Assembly (NCBI GenBank): GCA_002269645.1
Contig: NIVC01000317.1
Coordinates: 62,001 to 126,000 of the forward strand
Origin: Macrostomum lignano
Lineage: Eukaryota
Direction: 5' to 3'
DNA length: 64,000 nucleotides
In this document: piece after piece, positions 52,399 through 63,783 of the stretch
Layout: each line of letters opens with the position of its first letter
Numbering within the stretch: the stretch's first letter is position 1
Notes under the pieces: generated by a model
What the model was told of the DNA's origin: nothing
What the model saw: the letters and a program-made list of their open reading frames with translations, nothing else
Databases searched by the model: none
Made by a program: the position numbers and the translations under genes

Positions 52399-55300
52399 TT
52401 TCTTGGTTCTTGTGTTTTTTTGTTTTTGGTTGACTCAATTTTGCGACTTACCCCTGGTCAGCCACGATTTACGGTGGCCGGATCGGCCAGGTCGGCCAGC
52501 AGTTGCGCATGTATGCAAAAAGTATATGCAAATTGATGCAAACATTGCAAAGCATAAGCCCAATAGAAATTTTAGCACATTGTGGTATATAGCAAAAGTT
52601 GATCAGAAAAATCTTATAATGGTATATCCAAAATATGTTATCTATGTATATAATATATGAAGTTGTCTTCTTTAGACATGATTCTAAAATAAGGATTAGT
52701 ATATATAAAAATAAAAAAGTAATAATTTATATAGGTAAATATAATAAATATTAAAATTCAAGATTGCATTTATTAGAAAGTTTGAGCTGATACTAAATTG
52801 ATGATTTTGAATATAATTTAGAATAAAATTTTAAGTTTAAAATTATATATACCCCACTACATTGTCTAAAGCTTGGGACTTATTAGTGACATGTCTAAGG
52901 ATAATTTTGTCATGGCTAGACTTGCATATAAGGTAGGAATATTATAATTTTAGGCCTATTTTGGGCCAACCAAAAAAGCTAAGCCAATTTGCTTACTACT
53001 TTAAAAATCCTTTATCTACCACTGGGACATTTTTGTATATTAAGTAAAGTTGCTCACTTAGCAAGTAAAAATAGAAAGCCAAAAATCAGCATATTGATTG
53101 TTATGATACATTTTATATGTCAAGGTGCATTGTTTGTCAGGTATATTGTTTAAAATAAGAGAAAGCAATAAATAAAGCAAACTTATACTTTTTGTCAATG
53201 TAACTAATGTGACAAAATTTAAATAAAATAATATTTAAACATTTTAGCAAATTTCTGAAATTTTAGGTTTTATATCACTTAAGATTGGCAAGATAATTTT
53301 CTATTTCATACGACAATGGCTGGCACCAAAGGGTATTTTTCCTATTATCTAGTTATTATAATTATTTGCTAGTTATCAAAACAATTAACATTGAAATGTC
53401 TCATTATTTAAATAATTATAATCTATGAACTTAGCATATAATTAGGCCTCTATCAGATAGTGAGATCCCTATTGCACAATCTATTAATGAATTAAAAAGA
53501 TTTTTTTGTTTATCTTGTTTATATCCTAAATGTTAAATTTTGTAAATATTATATTTTATAGCCTTATGGGTTAGTATGGCATAGAAATAGTGCTAGAGCA
53601 CATGAAGCATATAGCCGCCATAGTCAAGAAGATGTCTTGTATGCCAGAATTTTCTGGTGTGCATTAGAACTTCATAGTTCATTGGCATGCATATTTGGCA
53701 TGCTTGAATCTTAAAAAGTTATATTTTGCAAACAAAAAGTTATATACAAAGCTATTTGAATATAGGTTCAAGTATCTTCTAGTTTCTATAACAAAAGCCA
53801 TCAAAAGGTAAAATATTTTGAAGAAAAAAGTAAGTGGTTAAAAAGTGATAGGTGCAGATATTAATTATATGTGATGGCATTCCTTCAGTTTATAAGTTCA
53901 TTATAAGAATGTATCATGTCTATTATTCCTTTATAACAACTTGCAATCACACAAAGTTTAAGTATTTAAATTCTATAAAATAGCAATTCTATATTGCAGA
54001 AAACCTTCTATTTTGCCAGTTTCAGTTTACGATCACCTTATATTTTGCTCATTGCAGTGCAAAAATGGTATGTTCACGATTATTTTAATGGGAAATGTAC
54101 ATTTGGATGATTGTAAACTAAAGGTGATATATAAGCTAGAACAACTTTACCATCCTTTGAAATTAACAGAGTTAGCTTGTCAACTTTTGATTTCTTTTCA
54201 TTTGAAACCATTGTTGGCTTTTATGTCTATTTTAAGTGGGTGATCGTCACTGTTTGAGGTGATTGTAAACCAAAGGAATGCCAATGTGATGGTGCTATTT
54301 TATTAGACATGATAAATTTTTATAATGACTTACAAATGTCAAATGTTACAATCAAAAAAGGTCCTTTATTGTTGCAACATAATTTATTTTATTGTTGTAG
54401 CAAAAGTAAGGTAAAAGTAAGGTCACAATTTTGAAGCTTTGATATACCAATTTTTTGCATATTTGGTATATACTTAACTAAAATTTTGCCTAAAACCTGG
54501 CATATACTAGACTCTAGATACTTTCCTGACAATGGCATATATTATAAGTTAATATATAGAGATTATCTTCTATAAATATATTCTAGTACATGCTTTGTCA
54601 TCTACCTACTACTATAATAAATAACTATGGTTTCCAATTCATTTGCCTACTAACAGTTTGTTTGTTAAATAGATGAAAAGCCTTTTTTTACTTTTTGTCT
54701 ACTAGAAAATAGGAGTAAGGAGCCATTGTATCCTTGTTAGTATTATTAAAATGCTATAGATTTAATCATCTTAACAAACTATTTTACAATATTATATATA
54801 AAACTTACAGAAAGAATAATACTAATAGACTTGACTAGCAATCTACACCCCCATTGGGGAGCCAAAGAAATGCAATACACATTTTTTTAATAAGCTATAT
54901 GTAGCCTTGAAATCTTAAAAAAATCTCCTATCAAACTTCTATTAACAAATAATAACCTAACCCTAACCATAACCCTAAATTTAATATTTTGTCCATGAGT
55001 TTTTGCATGATGCTTCTATAGTTTTTTGCATGATGCTTCCATTATTTTATGCATGACACTTCCATGATTTTTACATGACACTTCCATTATTTTTGCATGA
55101 CGCTTCCATGATAAATATTTTTAATAAGCTACATGAGCTAAGTTATAAGCTACCCTAAACCAATAGAACCAAAACTTTTGAAAATTTTATAAAGATAAAA
55201 ATATCAATAAATTGCTTTCTTATTCAACAATTTATAGATGCAAGATGTATAATTTCAAATCAAATATTATTGCATACAATGTCTCCTTTCTCTAAATCTT

Positions 55301-57002
55301 TTTCAAATGCCAATAATAATACTATGCATAAATGGCAAATATACATAAACTGCAAATAAAGTGTAAATCATTCTGTTTAAAGAAATCAACCCTTGCAACA
55401 TTTAAACAATATCAACAGATTGTTAGGCAGCTACCACCTTACCCTACATTTTTGGTATCTAGTCAATCCAATGACAAGACAATCTAGCAATAGAACAATC
55501 CAGCAACAGACAATCTAGCAACAGTCAAACGACAATAGTCAATCTGGGAACAATTTGTAATAAAAAGCTATTAGAGCATTTTCATATTACCAATTTCAGA
55601 ACCAGAATGGGCTTGGAATTCCAAGAAAAACAGCAGTATAACTATTAAACTCTGTTAATATTTGACTGCTTTAACAACCTAACTTAGCACAATTTTTCAC
55701 TCTCTTCTTGGCAATTGTCATTCAATAATAAAAACTTTATAGCACGTATCTCCCTCTAGTTATGGAGACAAAAAGTTATACTTCACAAATTGGTTTTGGT
55801 TCTGGAACTGGAACAAGCAATATGAAAAGGCCCATTATAAGCAAATAAGCTATTGATAGACCAGACCTAGTTGATTGAAATCTGCACATTTTGAACCTGG
55901 CACTAAATTCCAATTCTTGGAACTTTTTGCATACATTCTAATATATGCATAATTCATAATTCTTATTCTTCTTCATAATTCTTTGCATAATTATTAATTC
56001 TTATTTAAAGTATTTGAAAAATTATTTAAACTATTTAAAAAATATTTAAATTCTTGTTAAAATTCTTAGATAAATAATATCAATAAAATAAAACTAGGGC
56101 CTTTGAATGAATGAAGGGGATTCATAAAACTCATGAAGAAAGATAATGTTTCGTGATAAACAGAGTTCTATATTCTAAGAAAGTTTTGCATTTGAAACAA
56201 GTGAAAATACGCTGGAATCAATAGTTGCGTTAATAAATGTAAAAAAGCATTGCATATAACCATTTTCATGTTATAACTAATTTACTGAAAGTTTTGTAAG
56301 ATGCTAATAAAAATTTGGTTTAGTGGTTAAAAAATTCAAATCGGAGTTAATAAACCAACGTGTACACGCTGCTTTTAAATTAAAGATTTCGTGGTTTTTA
56401 AGTTTTAAGTTATCAGTCAAATAATCAGGCAGCATATGTCATTTGCCAAGGCCCAATGAATGAAGTTTAAAGATTTTTTTATATTAGACTGCTAATGATA
56501 AATAAGAAAAAATAGCTCAAATCTTTAAGCATGGGTTTCGCGGCAGATAATCAAGTCCTGTCCATTCAGTGATTCAGAATGATCGTTTGCGTATTGCATC
56601 CTTTATCAGTCGGGAAAACCACATATCAAACCTAGATGTATTCAAATGCATGGAATTTATGCAACAGTCAATTGTGCTTAGTTCTTGTTTTTCTCTTGCT
56701 GGTTTTAGTTGGTCAGACTCAAGTAATTTTTTATAAGTAAATAACTTTGCTTGTCTATTGTATCTATGTTGTATTATATTATCTATACAATTCATAATTG
56801 TATTGTAATTGTAATCTTCTCTATAACTCTATATACATACCTACAAACTAGGCCTATAGTACATTAAAGACCTAATCTTAATTCCCAAGTGGCAAATCCC
56901 AATCAATAAGGCATTTTATTTCATATCTAGTCTAATGCCAAACTGATTTGATTTTTTTCAAAGCATAAGTAATTGAATTTTTTAATAATTAGATAGGCCA
57001 AG

Positions 57003-58025
57003 TAATGTGTATTCGTAAGATGGCTTGTTCCATCTAATCGTATACTTGTGTTAACAAAAAGGAGCAGAAATAATTTGTTATTGTATGAGCCCTTATCTTG
57101 CTCCGCTCATTCATTAGTTAATTGGCTCATTCCATATAAGATGGACATATTTGGAAAATAGAAAAAAAGTCAATATTTTTGCTTGCCATTGCCTAATTAG
57201 CCTATTTTTTTACCAAATGTTTATATTGTGCAATATATACAATCTAAGAATAAAGGAATGGTAAAATGTTGGATTAGTATGTTATCAATTGGCAAAAAGT
57301 CATTTTTGTAAAAATTTGGACATTTTTCAAAGCAAAAGACATCTTTAAGATTTTGTACCTTTTAAAAACAAATAGAAAGCTTTTGAAGGTTGAAACAAAC
57401 TATAGATAAAAGTATAGTACTTGCATCATCAGATAAAAGCATTGGTGACCAAATAATCTATTATATTTTTAATGTATTAGTACCTCAAAGTTACTGAATT
57501 GACAGAAAAAAATATGTTACGACCATAATGTTACGACCATAAGGCTGCCTTTTCTTTTGTATCTTTGTTGCCTTTTGAGTTTATATATTCTAATAAAAGA
57601 GTATGATTTCTAAAGATGTTCTTAGTCAAATTTTAAAAATGTATTGCAAAATATCAAAAATGAAAAATGTTATAAGACTTTTACCTTTTAGTTTCTATAT
57701 GTCAAAAATCCTGTCGTTACGACCATAAGTGTCATTTAAGGTTTAATAGCATCTATACTAATGATGATATCTATATGAAACTCTATAAATATATTCTAGA
57801 CAAAATAATCTTTCATTTAAAATATTGGTTTAGTATATTCTATTATTAGATTTCATTTTATAAGTAAAAATAACCTGTCATGTTACGACCATGCTTATAT
57901 GGAATGAGCCAATTCCAATTTTCCCTAGTGCACCCAGCTCTTTAGTAACTGTCTGGGTCTTCGAGAATTATGACCATAGATAGTTCAATCGCATGCATAA
58001 GAGTTCACAGTTAAAATCCATATCA
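57003..58025 (-). repeat. 3' LTR (interrupted by the 57124-57910 insertion)
   Basis: 57003-57123 plus 57915-58025 align with 62578-62808; ends in atatca. Confidence 0.88.
57124..57910. mobile_element. Non-autonomous DNA transposon in the LTR (Sola-like, AATT TSD)
   Basis: 17-bp TIR GGCTCATTCCATATAAG, TSD aatt on both sides, empty site in the other LTR, internal gttacgaccat repeats. The superfamily is tentative. Confidence 0.82.
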
Positions 58026-58590
58026 ACTTCCTCCCTCCTTAAATAGTGCACTCTCTACTTGATTGTTCATACTTTCTTAATTAGTTGCTTAGGTGGTATT
58101 CCTTTGTTTTGTCTTTTAGACTAACAGACATGCTGTTGATGTTGGCACATTCTACTTGACTATATCTCAACTGGATCTATCGCTTTTGTCTAAATGGTAC
58201 CAAGTTGCGCGCAGTCCAAACCTTTCCATTGTCCATTCAATATATAAAGTTGCCAACTACTTTGATGACTTTGAATGGAGAAGTGAAAGGGGACCTACCC
58301 TTTGGCATATGTGGCAAACGAACATGTACCAGATCACCAACCTTGAAGTGTCGCTTGAATACTTAGTGCAGTTCCTATAGTTGGTGCTTTCATGCTTATA
58401 GACTATGTTGTAGTTGAATTTGGATAGCCAAACCAACCAACATATGAATTTTGCTGACTTCATCTTGTCACTGTGGTGTCATAGGAGGCTCGTTAGTGCA
58501 AAATGATCTGTTTGTAAAGTGAAATGTTGTTCCAGCAAATATTTTGCAGTGTTCATATGCCCAGATGCAGGCAAGTGCTTCGCGCTTGTT

Positions 58591-58887
58591 CATACATGCG
58601 CAACCTCCGAAATTCGGTCGGCCATGCGACTTAGTTTTAACAAAAATGCGACGTAGTTTTTGGCCAAAAATGCGACTTACATGTAAAAAAACCCTAAAGC
58701 AAATAAACGCAACTTTGGGTAAACGGCAGGAGTAACTATGACTGTCTTATTAAGCCAAAATGCCTCGTCAGCTACTTAGCACTACTACTTGGTTACTTTT
58801 TCGGGTGGGCATTTTTGCGACTTCCTTGGTTGGCCGCCAAATCGGTCGGCCGGATCGGCCGACTCGGCCGACTGTTGCGCATGTATG
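58591..58887. mobile_element. P-superfamily-like MITE, 297 bp, inserted in RNase H
   Basis: TIR CATACATGCGCAAC, 8-bp TSD cgcttgtt. Removing it restores NYTMNKR-EALACIW. Confidence 0.9.
58717..58780 (+). other. 28S rRNA-derived fragment (helix 69-71 region) inside the P-like MITE
   Basis: gggtaaacggcaggagtaactatgactgtcttattaagccaaaatgcctcgtcagctacttag matches roughly 55 of 64 positions of the remembered eukaryotic LSU sequence. Not a functional rRNA gene. Confidence 0.85.
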
Positions 58888-60200
58888 CGCTTGTTCATAG
58901 TGTAGTTTTCTTCCCGCTTGGAAAGTGCATGGGATGCAAATGTTATTGGAACCTCTGTTTTGGCTTGAATTTGTGATAAAATAGCACTGATGCCGACATC
59001 TAAAGCATCGGTTATTAAGATTGTAGGCAGGTTAGGATCAAAAATGGCTAGTTCCAGTTGTTCTTGAAGTATTTGCTTTATGCAGTCAAAAGCCAATTGT
59101 TGCTCACTTCCTTAGATAAACTTTTGGTTTTGTCGTGTTAGGTATCTGAGTAGCTCAGTGATCGTTGCTAGGTCTTTCACAAAGTTTGAGTGATAGTTAA
59201 TCATACCTAAGAAAGACTGTAGCTCTGTCAGTTTTTTTGATGCCAGTGTGTTCTTGATTGCCAAGAGCTTATCGGGGTCTGACTCGATTCTTCCTTTCTC
59301 ATTTATAATGTAGCCCAAAAACGGTACGCTCTCCCAGCAAAACATAGACTTTGTGGTGATGATGTGAAAGTCCTTTTTGTGAAGTAGTTTGAGGACTTTG
59401 CAGAGCTTATCGTCGTGCTCTTTGATCGTTTGTCCAAAAACCAGGATATTGTCAATGTATGCTATTGTTTGTTTGTAGTTGCTGAGTGTGCTGCTTACAT
59501 ATCATTGAAAAATAGACATAGAGTCCACTAGACCTATCAGTAGTCAATTGTAGGTATACAGTCCAATTGGTGTCATTGTTGTTGTCAATAGTTTGCTCTC
59601 TTTGTCAAGTTTGATATGAAAGTATGCTTGCTTTAGGTCAATCTTTAATTCGTAATGAGCCCCATTCAACTTTAGGAAGAGTTTGCTAATGTTTGGTATA
59701 GGATGTTGGTCAGGGATTACAAATTTGTTCAGATATAAAAAGTTCATTGTTATCCCAATGCCACTGTCTGCTTTCCACATAGTGACAAGTGTATTGGCCC
59801 ATGAACTTTTTTGAACAGGACTCCAGATCCCTATTTCCTCCATCTTCTTGATCTCGCTGATTGCAGCCTCACGACAAGCCAGGGTAGCATCCTTTTAAAG
59901 AGTTATGTTATGTGTGTAGTCTGGATAGGTACCCAGTGATTCCTCTGATAGTTGAGGGAACTTGTCTATAATGTCACACCTTTGTCCGGCAATGGTTGAA
60001 ATTTGCATCAAAGCTCCATCAAACTTCAGTCCCAGAACTTTTATCAGGTCTATTCCGATGATAGACTGTAGACTGTTCTTCATGACAAATAGTCTGGCAT
60101 TGGTTGTTCGATTTAAAATGCCTATCTCTGCCGTGATGTAGCCAATTGTGTCTAATATCGCACTGTTATTGTAGTTTCGTAGTGTCAGTGTCACTGGGTG

Positions 60201-61119
60201 CCCTATTGGAATAAGTGGTATTTTCGCGGACGGCGTCCGGCGCACTTTTTCTTTTTCCTCATAGTCATGGCGCATGGCGCGCTACGCGCGCCATGCGCCA
60301 TGACGCACAGCAGCTCACAGGTAAGATGCAAGGAGGACATCACGCGCTACATACAGCGCTGCTAAACAAGGATGAGAAGCATGCACAGGAGAAAGTCAGC
60401 AGCACGGTGGAAATTCAGCAAACTGTAAGTAAAACTTGTAAACTTGTAAACGCGCACTGGCGCACAGTGGCGCACAACGGCGCATACCAGAGGACACCGG
60501 CGCATGGCGGCGCGGCGCGGCGGGCGCCGCACCACATGCAGCGTTACCCTTGTGGCGATCCCATGTAACGATGTAAGTCGTTACTTGTTACAGTACACTA
60601 TTCACTGTTCTATCTAATGTAACACTGCATTCTACCAAAAAATAAAAAATAAAATAAAATATTTTCCTTTTCCTTTTTACCTTTGTTTTTGCCATTTGCT
60701 TACTTTTTATGTTTGTTTTGTTTTAAAAATTAGAAATTTAATTAAAAATTTTTTAAATTTCTATTTTCGGTTTAACGATCTCAATTTCTCATAATATAAT
60801 ATAGATAGCCCGTAACCGTCCCGTATATTGGCGCACAAAAATTGTTGCTATGTTGTAAAAAAAGGTCTTTTATTGTCGCAAGGCAGGTAGTGGCGGGCGC
60901 ACAACGGCGCACACGAGGGTTTTTGTGTCGGCGCACGGCGCACAATTTTGGGAGAGGCCAAAATTTGTTCCGGCGCACACTCTGCCACCTTCCTGACTAT
61001 GGCGTCCATACCACCTTAGGATTTGAAGATTGTCATGACGCACCGTCCAGGCCACTTTATGATTGCCATGGCGCACTAGATGCACTGTCCACAGTGTCTG
61101 AAAACTTATTCCAATAGGG
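60201..61119. mobile_element. Non-autonomous DNA transposon in the protease region (unclassified)
   Basis: 16-bp TIR CCCTATTGGAATAAGT, 8-bp TSD actgggtg, GGCGCA subrepeats. Removing it restores DKDIHPV-TLTLRNY. Confidence 0.88.
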
Positions 61120-61271
61120 ACTGGGTGGATGTCCTTATCTGGCCAGATGCACTTTAAGTCTGCATGTCGAAGAGTCAAAACTTTAGCAGCTGTGTCCAGC
61201 AATGCCGTGTAAGTTCCGTTCCTGCCAACAGCTGTAACTTCAACCGATGGTGTTTCACTCTGGCCAACTGA

Positions 61272-62553
61272 TCAAACGTGCCTTTTGATTACGCATACTT
61301 TCTTTACAGTGTTGGCCCTTTGTTGTGATATTATGCAATGGGAGGCAAAATGGTTTGGCTTGCCACACCCTTTGCACAGCTTTCTGAGGGCCGGACATTT
61401 AGCATCTTTGTAGGCATGTGAATTTGAACCGCAGCCCATACATTGCTGTTTCTTGTTCCACTTGTTCTGGTTAGCTGCAGGGATCACTGAGGCCAATTGC
61501 TCTTGTGCTGGTCAGTTTTTGCAGATGTGTGCTTCTGTACTTGTTGAATTGGCACCATTGCATTGCTCATGATGATTTCGCCAGTAAGTGAAGCAGACTC
61601 ATCAGCAGGGTTTTTTTGTGCACAGAGTGTGCGAATGCACCCTAAATTTTAAAATTGCACCCTGAAATTAAAAAAGTAGGTGCAGTTTAGGTGTGGTCTT
61701 AAAACCATTTTTCTTTAAAGGCTTAACTATGCTTAAGCTATTTTTCATGCACTGCCTTAAAATATGAAACAAAATAACTCTTTAAATCCTATTAAGTCAT
61801 CTAGGCGATATAGCCTATGGCTATAGCCTTATGTAAGATATTAAAATATACATTCCCAGTTGTCTGAAACAAGACTCAAGAGAAATTGCACTCTAAGCCT
61901 TAAAATTGCACCTTGAAATTTGGCACAAAGTGCAATTTCGCACCTTGTCTCTAGCAAAAAAAACCCAGCTCATCAGCTCGCATGGTGGTCAGAAAAGACT
62001 GCAAGTCAATAATGGGTTGGGTCAATAGCTTTTCCTGTGTGCTTTTAGATGCACATCCAATCACTAGTTGCATTGCAAGCTGCCTATCTTCTCTAGCACC
62101 GTACTCACAGTCCATAATTAGTGTTCGCAAGGCTGTGAAATAGTCACTGATGGACTCACTATGCTCCTGCTTTCGCTTGCGGAATTTGTACTCTGCACAG
62201 ACTGGGTTTTGGCTTTTGCTGAATATTAACTTCAACTTGCCCATATATTCTTCTAGGCTGCTAGCCTTATTGTCCTAGAGGTTGTGCGCGTATAGGATAC
62301 GTCTTCCTTCTGAGCCCAGGGACATACATAGGAATGCCTTTTTGAAGTCATCTGTTAGTAGTGCCCTGGTCATAGTCTCAGTGAGGAAAAAGAAGTCAGT
62401 GACTTCCTTCTGCCAGATGGTCCACTTGACTAGTGGTTTGCCTGGTAGCTCCAGAAATTTTAAAGGTTTTGGTATCAACACGCAAATATTCTGGGCATTA
62501 GTAGCTGCTGCCGCTGATGTTGGTTTCAAGGTGGGCAATGTTGGTGGGGCCAT
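61272..62553 (-). pseudogene. gypsy gag remnant with double CCHC knuckle
   Basis: MAPPTLP...; AEYKFRKRKQEHSESISDYFTALRTLIMDCEYG; CMGCGSNSH...CPALRKLCKGCGKPNHFASHC. Broken by stops or frameshifts and a hAT insertion. Confidence 0.88.
61606..61968. mobile_element. hAT-type MITE in gag
   Basis: CAGGGTTTTTTTG...CAAAAAAAACCCAG ends, 8-bp TSD ctcatcag. Confidence 0.88.
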
Positions 62554-62577
62554 GGGTTGTTAGTCCTTGTTGCCAAT

Positions 62578-62808
62578 TGATGTGTATTTGTAAGACAGCT
62601 CATTCCATCTAATCATATATTTGTGTTAACAAAAAGGAGTAGAAATAATTTGTTATTGTAGGAGCCCTTGTCTCGCTCTGCTTGTTTGTTATTTAATTCC
62701 ATTTTCCCTAGTGCGCCCAGCTCTTTAGTAACTGTCTGGGTCTTCAAGAATTATGACCATAAATAGTTCAATCTCATGCGTAAAAGTTCACAGTTAAAAT
62801 CCATATCA
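62578..62808 (-). repeat. 5' LTR
   Basis: tgatg...atatca, next to the PBS and TSD. Confidence 0.9.
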
Positions 62809-63783
62809 CCAAGTACCATTGATGGCCCCCACTTTAAAAGAGAAGCATGGCCCCCTCCTGCCCTCCTATTCTAATGCCTTTATTATAGGATATTTAATCA
62901 TTACTCAATACTAGGCCTAATTGGATTCTTATTTTTTAAATTCTTTTTTGTATATTATAGGAAGATTTGTTTAATCATTTGTTAGGCCTATAATCAATTA
63001 ATTAGGCCTACAAATCTACAATCAATTTTAGATCTTTCATTTGACCTAATCTATATAACTAAAGTTGACTATGTCTGTTTGTCTGTTTGTTTGTGAAGTT
63101 CACATTTTAGAATGAACCACAAGACCAATCTTCACAGGACTTGCACTGTTAGCTTGCAAATTTTCTGGTAGTGATGTGGAAGATTTTGCTAAAATTTCTG
63201 ATAATGCAAAGGATGTTTAATTAGCAAAAAAACTACTTTTTGCCACGGAATTTCTGTGGTCAGTTGAAGGAAAGGCTTCCTGACTGCCAATTTGGCTGAC
63301 TTGATTGAGGTTGCATCAGCAATCTGGCCTATCTCTCCAGTGTATTTCATTTAGCTAGGCTGATTTGTATGCAGAAAGGCATGGGGGTTCATTGGCTCAC
63401 TTGGCAATGTGCAAAGGCATGTGTACCCCTGGCTGCGAGGCGGCATCAATATTTAGCTTTGGCAATTGTTGGGGAGAGAAATTCAATGACTTATTTTGCA
63501 GGCCTTCAAGTGTAGCTGTGATTTTCATTCGTTGATTGTGCTTTGAGTTTTTTAGATTGAAATGAGATAATTATATTGCCTGAAAGAGCTTGAAATGCTA
63601 AACATGGGGATATAATTTTATTGCTTCAAATCTGAAAATCAGAAGCACAGCACTAAAAAGAAGATAGGCTTGAACAATGTACTGTGTACATTGTTGGCCG
63701 GGGGCCAATTGAAAATGGACAGCTGTGTACACTGCTGGGGCAGGGAGAGAGAGTTGAACTCAAATGCAATTATCAATTGCGAG

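Larger units (their letters stand above)
49536..52515. mobile_element. P-superfamily-like non-autonomous transposon, 3-kb composite copy
   Basis: 14-bp TIR CATACATGCGCAAC / GTTGCGCATGTATG, 7-bp TSD caaaaag (49529-35, 52516-22). Subterminal sequences are shared with the copy at 58591. CA...TG ends with a 7-8-bp TSD fit the P superfamily. Confidence 0.8.
58050..61260 (-). pseudogene. gypsy pol remnant (protease, RT, RNase H; no integrase DDE core)
   Basis: LDTAAKV protease; KIDLKQAYFHI and YIDNIL (decayed YxDD) RT; VPFLGYII; ITDALDVGISAILSQ...ASHALS...EALACIWAYEH RNase H. Confidence 0.88.
57003..62808 (-). mobile_element. Decayed Ty3/gypsy LTR retrotransposon (Mag-like), integrase core deleted
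   Basis: Two ~230-bp LTRs, 5-bp TSD ccaag (56998-57002, 62809-13), PBS tggcaacaagga at 62575-62564, PPT aaggagggaggaag near 58027-58040, and gag, protease, RT and RNase H remnants. Confidence 0.93.

Noticed and set aside
54953-54979. Telomere-like taaccctaaccataaccctaa
   Set aside because: Three to four imperfect units inside decayed repeat; too short to indicate a telomere or fusion.
53900-56800. Short coding-like remnants in the AT-rich block (near 54050-54300, 55760-55960, 56574-56795)
   Set aside because: Interrupted by stops and I cannot assign a family. A translated search allowing G>A reversions would be needed.
58717-58780. Functional 28S rRNA gene
   Set aside because: Only ~64 nt, diverged, and enclosed by transposon TIRs.
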